From NCBI GenBank assembly GCA_002633005.1, contig NMRA01000621.1, positions 123,232 through 187,231 of the forward strand: a stretch of DNA of 64,000 nt. Direction: 5' to 3'. The stretch's first letter is position 1. The number at the start of each line of letters is the position of its first letter. A model generated the notes under the pieces. It ran no database searches, had not been told where the DNA came from, and saw nothing but the letters and a program-made list of their open reading frames with translations. This document shows positions 46,746 to 59,684 of this stretch, in pieces. The DNA is from Phoronis australis. Lineage: Eukaryota > Animalia > Phoronida. Made by a program: the position numbers and the translations under genes.

Positions 46746-47940
46746 ATGAGCTGTTCAATGTTCCGGGTGGCTAAAAACAGGAAACATCTCTTGTATGACC
46801 AGTTGGCTGTACCCAAAGTCACCAGATTAAAGTGTGGCAAGTCATGGTTGGTAGCAGCGGAAACCACAGTAGAAAGAGTGTGTAAGCTGGATCTAAATCG
46901 CAGAGGAGAAGAGTATATGAAGGTGGATGTCAAAACAGCTAGCAGATTCACCAGGTTTGTCATTACTATTGTATGGACCGAGAGTGTCGTGACAGGGCGG
47001 CTTGTGCAGTTAAGTACTAGTCCACGAGAGCACCAACCAGGAGCGGCAAGGTGGGGGTCAGCCGATTTTCACCAAATTTGGCACATATGTAGTCCTATGG
47101 GATCTATAAACAGCGGTAAAATATTTCCTCAAAATATTGCGTTTTTCTAAAGTTATAGGTTCAAACACATTTTACGGCTTCGCAGCCATGTTTTCACGGT
47201 ATAAAAACTGTCCAGTTTTAACTGTTCATATTTTTCCGTGAATGAAAGCTATTGATTTCTTAGTCACTTGGCATTGTTTAGTGGAGCCTGTAGATTGTTA
47301 CACAGATGTCTTTNAGTGAAGGAGATGCTGCAGTGTACATTGATGGATCGGTTAAAAGAGGAGAAAGATCTGGATGGGGCTATGTAGTCAATGTGGATGG
47401 CAAAATAGTAGCGGAAAATGGTGAGGCATATGAGCTCACGACATCTAGTATGAAGATGGAGGAGGTTGCTGCTGAAAAGGCACTTGCATGGCCACAGGAA
47501 AGCACGCATACCTGCGCAGAGCATGCTGATAAAAATCGAAAAGGGATGTCTCAAACCCGAGTGGTTGCTGCATTTAGAAAACAGTGGACTGAGAAAGCTC
47601 ACTTGGGCATGTCGGGGCCGCCGGAAATGAGAAAGCTGGCAAGTTAGCGGGAAATGCACCGATACAGGGCGCCCTCAGATTGGGAGAGAGGGAGATACTT
47701 GGATCGCTTAGAGAGGTGGAGCCACGGGAGAATGGAGATGCAATTGACAGAATTCAGCTGTTTCGATATGAGAGAGACAGTGGTGCTGATAGTCGAGCAA
47801 GACGAATGTGCAATCAGCAGTTGGTTGGAGCGGTTAGACAAAGGACCTTGTCTGACTTGATGACGTGGAAAGCCGAGCATCTATGGGTCTGCCCCGAGTG
47901 TGACGACGCTGGTTCCGCACCCAAGTAATACCCAAGTAAT
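46746..47940 (+). mobile_element. 3' fragment of an RNase-H-bearing non-LTR retrotransposon (Ingi/Nimb/I-group-like), interrupted by a DINE-like piece at ~47040-47310
   Basis: Linker RLKCGKSWL..; RNase H VYIDGSVKRGERSGWGY..TTSSMKMEEVA; terminal HLWVCPECDDA; short tandem tail (cccaagtaat x2); multiple frameshifts. Confidence 0.75.
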
Positions 47941-48321
47941 TTGGGGAGTACGACAACAAGCCGGTTTTAAGCCGGGTTCCGAGTGTACTATCGCCCCAGT
48001 ATGCCTGTGGTATTCAGGCCTAGACCGAGTCAAGTTCCAATTTCAGTCCGTTCACAGCTTCGCGCAACATACCCGGTTCACATTTTCTTCGTCTATTCAC
48101 AGTTATTCCACGATCCATCTACCATTCCTTAAATTGTGTTAACCTTTTAAGCGTAAAATTCACAATAAGAACTCCACTAAGATTTCGCGTGAGTAGCAAA
48201 GACTCGAGGCAAAACAAGAACAATAGCGCGGGTTTTGTCCTCCTTTCGGTGACTTCACATTGACTAACTGGAAACTCGCAAGGGAGCTATTACACATTGG
48301 GTATCGTAAATGTGTGTGTTA

Positions 48322-48523
48322 TCACTTGTAACTAAGGTACCCATCTGGTTCCTTCTGTGAAATAATTATTTGTAGTGGTGATCCTGAAATTCCCAATGTT
48401 CCCATGTTCGCGAATGGACCAGGCAGAGGTCGATAAACGCTATGCCACAGATTCTCTTTATATTTTCTCTGCATTACATCAGTCCCTTCTCTTGATATCT
48501 TTGTCAGCAAGCTATCTGCCTTT
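48322..48523 (-). CDS. Tentative exon 2 of a small hypothetical secreted protein
   Basis: gttatttcag| acceptor followed by a 66-codon open frame KADSLLTKISREGTDVMQRKYKENLWHSVYRPLPGPF...; phase-compatible with 52889-52977; no recognised homology. Confidence 0.25.
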
Positions 48524-49748
48524 CTGAAATAACATTGTGAGGTGCCAAAATTTGGGTAACCCGCTTGCCGACTGACTTATCTGTTAACAATCTAGCTATA
48601 GTAACCGACCTCTGAAGTGACGTCCACTATATATATTTCTAATTTTAAACCTGTTATAGTTTTTCTCGTTTTTGTTAATCTTCATTGTTATACAGTGGCA
48701 TAATGCTTTGGAGAGAGTGTGGTCACTTAAACCAAGAAGAAGAAGAAGAAGAAGAAGAAGAAGGCGTATTGTTACACACTGGGTTCCCGGAAAACGCGCA
48801 ATTTTAATGAAACTGAAAAACAGTTCCCCTAAACAAATGACAACAAACTAAATATTAATAAAACAAGTTTTGAATCAAAATTATGCACTCTAGTGGTGTT
48901 GTAGTGTTCCAAGCAGGTATCGGTAGTGAAGGTAATTTCAACTCAGGTGGTTGTCACAATCTTGCACTTCCTATAGGAAAATGCTCAGCACCAGAAGATT
49001 TTATTGTACCAATCAACATCACTAAGATAAAAACGTCTTGAGTAAAAGTATGGTGTTGATCAGTGCTGAGCCAGCTGAGATATACGAACTCAAAGTGTGG
49101 GGAAATTGCAATGCTTTGGTAACATCTGATCCCTCTATACCTTGTGCCTGGAATTTTGAACTTAGCGGCATAGTTAATGAGTATTGTTTAACATCTTTGT
49201 GAAGCCGGAGACTTGCTTTATTTAAAAATTACTAACAAGTGATTATCTTGTGTACCGGTATTCTTTATTATGCACTGCAAAAAAGTCCATTGCATGGTAT
49301 ATCCTCAAAATAGATCGAGGCTCCCTGATTTCTTCCCATTAAACAAGGTAAAATGAGATTGGAGTTTACTGTTTTGTTTATCACCCCAAGGCAACTGAAA
49401 TGCATAGTACGGTTGATATACGTGACATTGGGTTTATCACGCCTCTGGGCATATTTGTCTGCTGTGAGCCATACTTCACTCTTAACATGTATATTATTCT
49501 TATGTTGTTTTATTTGTCCCCTATAATTTTCAATAGACCAAAGCTGAGATAGCCGGCAACAATGAGTTCTTTCTTATCTGTTTGATTAATAACGACACCC
49601 GTCAGATCATCTGAAAATAATCGCAGTTTTGTGTCTGTCTGGAGTTACGTAACTATTTGTTGTGTAACTTGATATAATAGAGTAGCCCTAAGCATTCACA
49701 CGCTTTAAAATTGTATGGAATGGCTCTTTAATAAACACACGGGTCATT

Positions 49749-49913
49749 CATGGCGTGCGTTCAGTAGACGCTAGGACCTACGATAGGACCTACACTGTAG
49801 CTAAAAGCTAGTCAAAGTCACGTGTTCTCATTCAAAATGCACGGCAATATCTCACGTAATCTCGCGAAGTCTTGCCTTTTAGCGAGGTCCTAGCGTTACT
49901 GAACGGGAGGCTG
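49749..49913 (+). mobile_element. MITE family B copy
   Basis: Colinear match to 9902-10057. Confidence 0.8.
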
Positions 49914-50362
49914 GTGTTCACTGTACGTGAGCAGTGCAACATGGGTAATATATTCTGATGCATAACCTTTAAAGTCCTTGTCTCACGCGTTGTTAACCCT
50001 AATTACATGGTTAGAAGATGTTATAAGGATCCAAGAAGTACCTACCCCATAACTAATACACGATGCGTACTCGAAAACAGTTTAAATGAACGCGCCACTC
50101 ACGATTCGCACCCGAAGAAACACCGCCATTTTGAACTTGCCGCGAACCCGGAAGTACAATTCAATCAGGAACCCAGGCCGAGAAAACGCCGTCAGTGCGA
50201 CTGGAGCAGTTCCTGTACTGTTACCAGCCAGCAAACGGGGATAAAAAAATCGACAGCGCGCCTTAATTTTGATAAAATCAAACTACGGACAATTTTATGG
50301 AATTTGCTGAAGAAATGTGGCGAATAAATTTTGACAGAAATTATTTTGCCAGACTCGGGACC

Positions 50363-51077
50363 NNNNNNNNNNNNNNNNNNNNNNNNNNNNNNNNNNNNNN
50401 NNNNNNNNNNNNNNNNNNNNNNNNNNNNNNNNNNNNNNNNNNNNNNNNNNNNNNNNNNNNNNNNNNNNNNNNNNNNNNNNNNNNNNNNNNNNNNNNNNNN
50501 NNNNNNNNNNNNNNNNNNNNNNNNNNNNNNNNNNNNNNNNNNNNNNNNNNNNNNNNNNNNNNNNNNNNNNNNNNNNNNNNNNNNNNNNNNNNNNNNNNNN
50601 NNNNNNNNNNNNNNNNNNNNNNNNNNNNNNNNNNNNNNNNNNNNNNNNNNNNNNNNNNNNNNNNNNNNNNNNNNNNNNNNNNNNNNNNNNNNNNNNNNNN
50701 NNNNNNNNNNNNNNNNNNNNNNNNNNNNNNNNNNNNNNNNNNNNNNNNNNNNNNNNNNNNNNNNNNNNNNNNNNNNNNNNNNNNNNNNNNNNNNNNNNNN
50801 NNNNNNNNNNNNNNNNNNNNNNNNNNNNNNNNNNNNNNNNNNNNNNNNNNNNNNNNNNNNNNNNNNNNNNNNNNNNNNNNNNNNNNNNNNNNNNNNNNNN
50901 NNNNNNNNNNNNNNNNNNNNNNNNNNNNNNNNNNNNNNNNNNNNNNNNNNNNNNNNNNNNNNNNNNNNNNNNNNNNNNNNNNNNNNNNNNNNNNNNNNNN
51001 NNNNNNNNNNNNNNNNNNNNNNNNNNNNNNNNNNNNNNNNNNNNNNNNNNNNNNNNNNNNNNNNNNNNNNNNNNNNN
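50363..51077. other. Assembly gap
   Basis: N run. Confidence 1.
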
Positions 51078-52888
51078 GCAAGCCATAGCACATTCAGTTA
51101 CAAGGAAAAAATGGCGGCGTTCAGGACAAGTTCCTGAACTGATGAGCCGGAAATGTGGGTACGGAAATAACCGATGACAACCGGTAATCATACGCTCAGA
51201 GAGAAGGGTCAAATACTGTTACAAAATCTCTTTTGGCAAGAAAGGCGAAAAGAATATAAAGAAAGGGTGTCGAAAATAAGAATTTATGTAGTAAGTATTT
51301 TCGGATACTGGAACCACATGGGCAGTTTGCAACAAGGACTTTAAAGTGCATGCCATAACTTTCTCGATTAAAAGTGGGTAATTACAGGTTGTTGACAATC
51401 TCTATTTAACACTAGTTTTTGGCCATAGTAACAGGAAAAAGTTGAAAATGAAAATTGAGACACGATTCACTATCCAAGTTGTCAAAGTTTCGGTTTATTA
51501 GCATAAACCGTAGTGAGGAAGCAATTTCATTAACCGGCCATACAAGCAAAACACTTAATGAACATCGCAGTCCATGATTAGTACTGATAAGCAACAAGAC
51601 AGAGATCAGAATAATTCTAAACCATACGACCCAACATTTCTGTTGAGTGACCTCCCAGCATGAGTCTGCTTGATGTGAGTAGATTCACGGGTAGCCAGCT
51701 TGACCTGGTTGGGGTCTCTGTTATTTTGACTCCAGAAAAGCCAATCTAATGACCGGTTAACACTGATTGAGAAAATAGGATAGACTACCGTTGGTGTATT
51801 AAGTATGCTCGTTGATCATTTTATGTTAATAAACCGAAACGTTGACAAGTTGGATCTTGAATCGTGTCGCAATGTTCACTTTCAACTTTCTCCAATCATT
51901 GCTCTTGTACGGAAAGAATACGTACACTACGGTTGTTTTAAGATCACCAGGAATGACTCTAACTGTCAATTTTAGCATTGAATGATTGGAAAATGAAACT
52001 CTGTCATTTGAGTTCATCTTTTTGTAAATGCAAAAAAAATCTTTAACACGGCATTCGATGTCATAATAATTGGATTTGCTGATTTTACACGCATATACTA
52101 AGAGTGTAACAACATTATAGCCAATATGCCCCCGATAATGTCTGATCACTTTCTCGGTATTTACATGTACGGTCAGATTTACGATAGTAATTATGTTCGC
52201 CGTAGCTCGTGGCCAGGCGTAGTTGCTTGTGTAAATCAAAAAATATCCACACAAGAACAAAAACAAGTTAAATATCAAGTATACATCCACAACCGAACAC
52301 ACCAGATACACGGACGTCAACTGGCGTAATTAATGTCACATTAGTAGGCAACGCGGAGTAGGACTCACAACATAACCCCTGTTGCCGAGTTCCAACTCAA
52401 AACAGGAAACTTTTCGTAAGTAGTAATTTAGTATTGGATATTAAAGCTCCCTTTCGAAGGGAATCGGATGACAGTAACCTATCTTAGCACCACCTCCTAC
52501 ACACCTAGACTATGTAAATCCCTGAGAAATTGATAGGCTGCCGTTATATACATGTACATTGTACTGTAGGCCTATCCACCGAACGGTAGTTTCTAGCGAG
52601 GGCTTACTGACAAAAAGCTTCAATCTTAAACAACGAGAAGACTGTAAATGTTTCGAGTAAATTCAAACACCGGATGCGTCAGGAGAACTCCAGAAACATT
52701 GCTTGCGACCGGCGTCAGTCTACACTCGTTGGGGAAACTCCCGAAACACGACTTCTGTCGCTGCGGAGTCTTATGTAACGAAGCGAGCCGACACATGGCC
52801 TATAAACATGACTAGCGCCCATCGCCATTCTACTTGACTATAACTTGTAAACCTCATTTCAGGGTAACAGAATGAACTTGGTACTCAC

Positions 52889-52977
52889 TCCGAAGCTTCA
52901 CTTAAATGAATGACGGTGGCAACAAACAGCATCAGCAACATATTAAATGTTACGTGCCAATCTCTGGGATGCTTCAT
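52889..52977 (-). CDS. Tentative signal-peptide-encoding first exon
   Basis: MKHPRDWHVTFNMLLMLFVATVIHLSEAS followed by GA|gtgagt, a consensus donor. Confidence 0.25.
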
Positions 52978-55900
52978 GTAGGTACCTGCCGTTCACACAC
53001 CTGTGGCACGCAGTTGTATTGTTTGTTAACCCAGAGCACACATATTGGATTTGCTTTTGTACGATTATTCGGTCACCCAATGAGCATGGATCCTCACAGT
53101 ATGTGATCTCATTTCAGACGACGTCTTATTGCGCAAGATTTTATAGAGATACACGTATACATGTACATGTAATTCTCGAAAGTTTGTGAGTACACGCCAT
53201 AGCATTCGTTCGTTCCGGTGTAGATTCCTGCTAATAAATTACATCGCTTAGGGTGGAACTTTTGTTAACAACAAACGAAGAAAGAGTTTAGCCTTGTACT
53301 CACCAAAAACTTCTTCCGAACAAATTTTATTAATACTTTTGGAATATTTTGCGGACTAAATGTCCCAAAAATTGTCAAACGGCGGATTATCTGCTCGCAA
53401 TGATGAGGTTCGGGACGGCCTCAAAATCATCCCGTTAATTCTACGTTTCAACGATTTTGAAAGTTGACAATTTCACTAAATATATCCATATGATCAAGCA
53501 CCACCAAAATTCTGTACCTAGGACAAATAGTAATAAACATTTATTTTTGACACTAGGCCAGCGGGAAAAGTATGGGGCCTTCTTTATTGTTATCTAAACG
53601 TTTCGCAACTGCGCAGGTATTCAACTGAACCGCATCATATTCACGTGATTAGAAACCCCTTCATGAGCTTTTGATGCTTTACGATTACACCAGAAGAAAA
53701 AGATAAGTAATTTAATTACTAACAGATTATCATTTTGCTCACGTGAATGGGTAAAAATTCTTGTTAATGCTAAAAACAATAAGCCTTATCAAAATGCAAG
53801 GAATAAGAAAGAGCGTACACCTGTAGTGATAAAACCCTTCATGTGCTTTTCGGCTGGTCAATTAACTACTTTGTCGACTAATTAACTTGTAATGACAACT
53901 TTTTATATCTAATAGTAGCAGAAACAGGAATTGAACTAGAGAGGTAGACATTGAGTAAATGACTATTTAAACCAGCAGGAAAAAAAATTCTTTGGTTTAT
54001 AATATTGCTAACGTACATGCAGGAAGAAACAAAATTTAGACAAGGAATCCATCACAGTTGTTGTGAAGAAATTAGTAAGGCATTCGTCTAAATGTATGCA
54101 TCTATTTTTATTAATTGGAGACTTTTAATACTATTACATTCTCCAGTAAAAAAATCAAGAGCCATGACATCTACAAAAAATGCGATAGTCTAATTAGTCC
54201 AACTACATGTAGGTACGCGTAATTTTCAGATAAGGGTTTTCTGAAATAATTAGATTAATTAATTTCTTCACAAGTAAAAATTAAATGTTACTGACGCACG
54301 TACTTGTGTCACAGTAAGCCACAGAAGTTGGAACACGTCTGTAGTATTGTTATGCTAGGTCTACTAAATAAAACTGGTCTTTGCAAAAATCAACATTCAC
54401 AACAAAGAGATAATGTTTTAGGAACACATGCTGCATAGTTGTCAACTTTCGGGAATAAAAAACAAAATACGGGATAAGTGGATTGAAAACATGGACATAT
54501 GGATAAAAAGCAAAAAACCTGGTCTATGCCATTACTCAGGGCTAAAATGTTCGCCGCAACACACAAAACATCCCGACATCGTTTTTAGCGACCGGGAGAA
54601 ATAGGGTGCCTACATGTAACTTCAGAAAACGCGCGACGCCCATTTTCCTTGTTTATACGAACGGTAAATTGTGGGTGCAGGAGAAACCCATGAACATCCG
54701 GTTATTTTCCTTTTAGTAGAACAGGAATATAGGGATATGTTGCGAGACGCTCTTGGGAAATCCCAATCGTGTATGATAATACGCCAATTTTTCTGTGTGC
54801 CAAAAAGCGAGACATTTGGAAAGTGTCACAGGATGGTGGGGAAATTTTCAAAAAGTGTGGCCATCCGACAGAAGCGGGTCAAATGTCAAGTACGCTCTCG
54901 GTAACACAAAGTAGTGGAATCTCTTTCAGGGTATGCTTATCATTTTTCATTTTGATTCTCGAGTATAGGCAAATGCAATAGATAACATTACTTCTCAGAA
55001 ACGTGGTAAACACGTCTCTTTGTACATGGTGTGTTGATAATTGTAAAACATACCCTTACTATCCAACTTTAATTTATTTCCGTAAAATTATGTCTTGTTG
55101 AAATAATGTAGTTTAATAGGTTGTCGAAGTAGCTACATATTTTCCTTCAGCATTTAAATTAGGTCTATGTTTACACAACTTTTAATCATAGCTAAAATAA
55201 AACAATGAACATGCTACTGAAGCAATGATATTAGAATTTGATACACTGTAAGTACAACACTCTATCACAACTCAAGTCTATTTTGTGCCTCATCACTACT
55301 TGTCATGTGTAGCACTGTAGTAGCTGCACATCCAAAATACCGTCCATTTTTTGTTGTCAAGTCTTGATACATTCAAAATTGTGTTGAGTTCAGCTGCGAA
55401 ATCCTGTCCCGTGGTCTGCCACGACAATGCATTCAAAGTACGAAGTCTTGAATGCTAGCACTATTTACTTTTCGCGTTGCATTCCAGACGACTTGCTAAG
55501 ACTTTTGTCTCATCCTTTGTCACTGTCTGTTGTATAAGCATCAGTGGCGATTCGGGCCCAAGTCTCCATTATGAGTTTTTACTTGTTTTCAAATACTAGT
55601 ACACGTATCTGTGGTACGTTACTTCACAGTTTCTATAAGTTATCAATTTTGCTAAAAGCTGTCTTTTGCTGTTCTTTTTCTGCTCGTGAGTATGTATGCT
55701 TTTGCGAGACCATTTTCATCTTGTAAGAATTACTTCATGTAAACATGGATAAACTTAGTTGCATCTCCAAATTTACATTGCGTGCAACACTGGAAGGAGG
55801 AGGGCCAGAGGCTACCCCGGTGCGTACCCTCTGACATCACCACAGAAACAGAAACAGATACAAGTTACATCGTACAGAAGCGAGCGTGCCTTGGGTGATG

Positions 55901-57399
55901 TGGTGTCTGTCGACCGTGAATAAACTTTCTTGAGCTACATGTACATGTAAATAACACTGAACTGTAGACAGATTTAATTTGGGTAAAATAGGGTCAAATG
56001 AGTTTTTCTTCTAACACTTTTAAGTTTTTTTAGCCTGTTGGCCGACTTTTTAGTGAACGGAATCACTTAAAAACGCAATGCAATGTGTTTTATTACACCA
56101 TAAAAGTTTTGCAGACTATCGAAATAAAAATAAGGTGAGTCATTCGTGCGTGTATGCATACTGCACAGTTCATAGTCGTCTTGCCAGTGATCGGTGTTCC
56201 CCACGAAAATGACGTGCAATATTTTTCTTCTCGACCTTCCTGAAAGTATTTACCCACATCTCCATGTATATTTATTAACCACTGTGTGCGTTCTTGCTGT
56301 TCTGTTGGGCATTTGAAAAAAGATAACTCTCTGTTGGGTTCTTATTTTTCATGCACACAAAAGAAAACAGGTCTGCGACTTGGCTATCTTCGTTCGCCGC
56401 TTTTGGCTCGTGTTCACAGTCACCTGGGTCACGCGCGAAAAAGGTGTATAGACCCTTGGGATGTTCTGGAAAACCAAAATACGAATTTTGCTACTATTTT
56501 CGTTGACTGTAATTTAGCCCAAACCATTTACTTGAATGGCTGTAATTATGACATCTGAAACAACAAAAATGACAGTAACGTGGTGGTAGACATCAAATCC
56601 CGGTTGAGGAATCCTTGATGAATAACACAAACGGCAAAGTAAATATGAAGGCGGTCTATCCCCTTTAAGAAGTTAAGAAGGGAAGATTGGACTTCTTCCT
56701 CATATCTCGAGAATTAGGGAACCTTTTACAATTTCCTCGTACACAAAATGAGTACAGAATCAACCATTTACATTGGCGCACTCAAGGGGGAAACTTTGGT
56801 GGCTTGGGGGGTGCTCCGACGAGCTCCCCATTTGGCGAAGTGAGCAAAAAGGTCCACGTCAGAGAAATAAGAACTCCAAAAAAGTAGAATAACAGATAAA
56901 AGGCCACTAGAAAGGCAGGAACTACCAAAATTCGGCGAATGCATAATTCATACCTTTCAACATACCCCGTGAATCTTAGTAAAAGGTCCACATTCTGAAA
57001 AAATAAACCGCCCATTTTATGCTGGGTGCCTGCCGAGTGCATGATTTATGCGTAACTGTTGATATTATCAGAGGAATGAGCCTCTGGCTCTTTACAAGCT
57101 CATAATTTGCGGGAAATAAAATAAACCGATTTAGTATACATGTATGTAAAACTGGAGGTGACCTCAGAATATGCAATGTATCCTTACAACAAAGAAAGTT
57201 TGGGTCCATTTAAGGCGAGAGATCTACAATTTATTATAGATTGCTCCTTGTTTTTCCAATCACTGCTCAAGAATATTAGTCAAAGACAATTCAATTTTTG
57301 CAAAAAAAATCACAAAACAAAAGGAAAAATAAAATGTGTGGGAAGAGGGATTCAATTTTTATTGCGGTTAAGTCAAAATGATTCCCGATTAAAAGTAGG

Positions 57400-58190
57400 T
57401 GAACTGATAGACAAGGCAAATAGAGGACTAGAAAAAATGTCGACAAACCTTGATGCAAAGACATCATATTAAGAGTCAGACAGGTAGATCAAGGTGAGAA
57501 GTCAACCATTTGAACTGTATTTGCTGTCTGGAAAAGGGAATTATTTCAACAAATAGATAGCAAATTTTATGCTCTCAAAAATAGAGTCATTACTGACCAA
57601 CGTCAGCTTTTAAGTGAAACGGGGCACTTTTATATAAATCTGTATTTACCCAGGGCTACGATTTACAAAACGTTGATCTTAAAACCATACTGGGATTGTA
57701 AAATATTAACGGATAGCATGAGTAAAAGTATTTCAAAACCCATTAAAATGGGCCCATGACTATTTTGATGCGTACCGTGTCCTAAAGGGTATAATGGTTT
57801 CACTGTGACATATTAAGATATTTTATGCGGTGGCCTATAAGAGACGTTCAAATAAGGTTATTCAATGGGAGGTTTCGTCACAGGACTTTACCAGAGGGTC
57901 ATTACTGTGGCAATAAATCCAAAGAAAATGGGCTACTGGAGACCTATCTGCTTGCTCAATGCATTTTACAAAACTTTATCGGCCAGTGTTGCTCAACGTT
58001 TTAAGAAGCACCATACACTCTCCGATCAGCAACACTCAAAAAAGGTTTTGTAAAGGGTAGATTGATAGAAGGAAAAACACTAGAACTATTTACGATCTTA
58101 CGCATTACACTGAAACTCACAACATTCCCGCTTTCCTTATCTTGGTGGATTCTGAGAAAGCTTTCGACTCGATGTTTTGGACCGTCTACA
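57400..58190 (+). mobile_element. Decayed L1/Tx1-clade reverse transcriptase fragment
   Basis: Frameshifted motifs VDQGEKST..CCLEK, WRPICLLNAFYKTL, GFVKGRLI..TIYDLTHYTETHNIPAFLILVDSEKAFDS. Confidence 0.8.
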
Positions 58191-59274
58191 GACGAGAGAA
58201 TAAGTAAAGATTTGGAAATTGTGCAACTCCGATACAATTAATTTACTCAGTTGCCTGGGAAAATTCCACATCTACCGCCAAACACTCAGAAATGCTTCGC
58301 TCTTAATCGAAATATTCAAGAAGGAGGTGTTTTAGTGTATGGAAATAGAAAAATATCTGTATTTCGACGATATTGCAGGGGATCGTCTATATGGTTTTCT
58401 AATTTACGGGCTTGTGACTCGCTGTCCTATATCAGCTTCGTTATCAAGCCTTTAAAGATTTATTTTGTTCATTTTCCTCTCTTTTTGTCTTATTGAAGCT
58501 CAAGAACTTTGTACATATCAGTTGCCATATCGTTACCCATTGACTTAAATAAATTCTTGAACATTCCCTTCACTTTGATGTCCAATGGTGCCTTTTCCAA
58601 GACAGCCTTCAAGTCATGATTTTTCAGTCTTAGCAGATGTTATGTTACTTTTTTGCTAAAATGGCTTACATCGTTGGTTGGTTCAAAGCCTTTGTGACGT
58701 ATACATTGCTAGTTCAACGGAATATTTGCTTGGCACCCTCTTCCTAATAGTGTTGGGAGTTCCTTGCTTTTGTTTATTAACGTGTAGTTGGCATAAAGAC
58801 AATATTTTCATCACGTAGAAACACAACAAAAATTGCAAGGGGAATTTGTGAGGCCAAACTTCTGTCTTCCCACCATAAGAATCGGCACATGCATTAAGTC
58901 AAAATTGAAATTAAATGAGAAGCTTTTGTCGCAACATATATACTTTCTCTCCATGATAGCTCTTTCCGCGCGAGCATTTAAAATCGGGTAATAAACTTCA
59001 GCATCGACTTCTAAAGTCAGAACCTGTCCGAAGTTTTAGAAATAGGCAATATTGGCCGTCCGTGAAATGTGCCGAGAAAGTCGGCAAAAATTGACGGTGT
59101 CCGAAATCTTAGAATTTATGCGATCGGGTGTCGACAAATTTTCGATTTGCCGTTTTAGACGGCTTGAACTTGCGCGCAGATTTGTGATAGTTATTGCTGA
59201 CGCGAGCATAAACAGAGATGTTGCTGACCATGAACAGAAGCGACTCGCAAAACTTTGTGATAGGAAATAAGGTA

Positions 59275-59684
59275 NNNNNNNNNNNNNNNNNNNNNNNNNN
59301 NNNNNNNNNNNNNNNNNNNNNNNNNNNNNNNNNNNNNNNNNNNNNNNNNNNNNNNNNNNNNNNNNNNNNNNNNNNNNNNNNNNNNNNNNNNNNNNNNNNN
59401 NNNNNNNNNNNNNNNNNNNNNNNNNNNNNNNNNNNNNNNNNNNNNNNNNNNNNNNNNNNNNNNNNNNNNNNNNNNNNNNNNNNNNNNNNNNNNNNNNNNN
59501 NNNNNNNNNNNNNNNNNNNNNNNNNNNNNNNNNNNNNNNNNNNNNNNNNNNNNNNNNNNNNNNNNNNNNNNNNNNNNNNNNNNNNNNNNNNNNNNNNNNN
59601 NNNNNNNNNNNNNNNNNNNNNNNNNNNNNNNNNNNNNNNNNNNNNNNNNNNNNNNNNNNNNNNNNNNNNNNNNNNNNNNNNNNN
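59275..59684. other. Assembly gap
   Basis: N run. Confidence 1.

Noticed and set aside
51139-51175. CTGATGAG...GAAA hammerhead-like core
   Set aside because: No G-C closing pair for stem II and no compatible stems I/III.
51826-52320. 164-aa minus-strand ORF
   Set aside because: Non-ATG start, no recognisable domain and AT-rich intron-like composition; it cannot be supported without a search.
58493-58660. Short coding-like minus-strand stretch (LKAVLEKAPLDIKVKGMFKNLF)
   Set aside because: No recognisable family or splice context; possibly TE debris.
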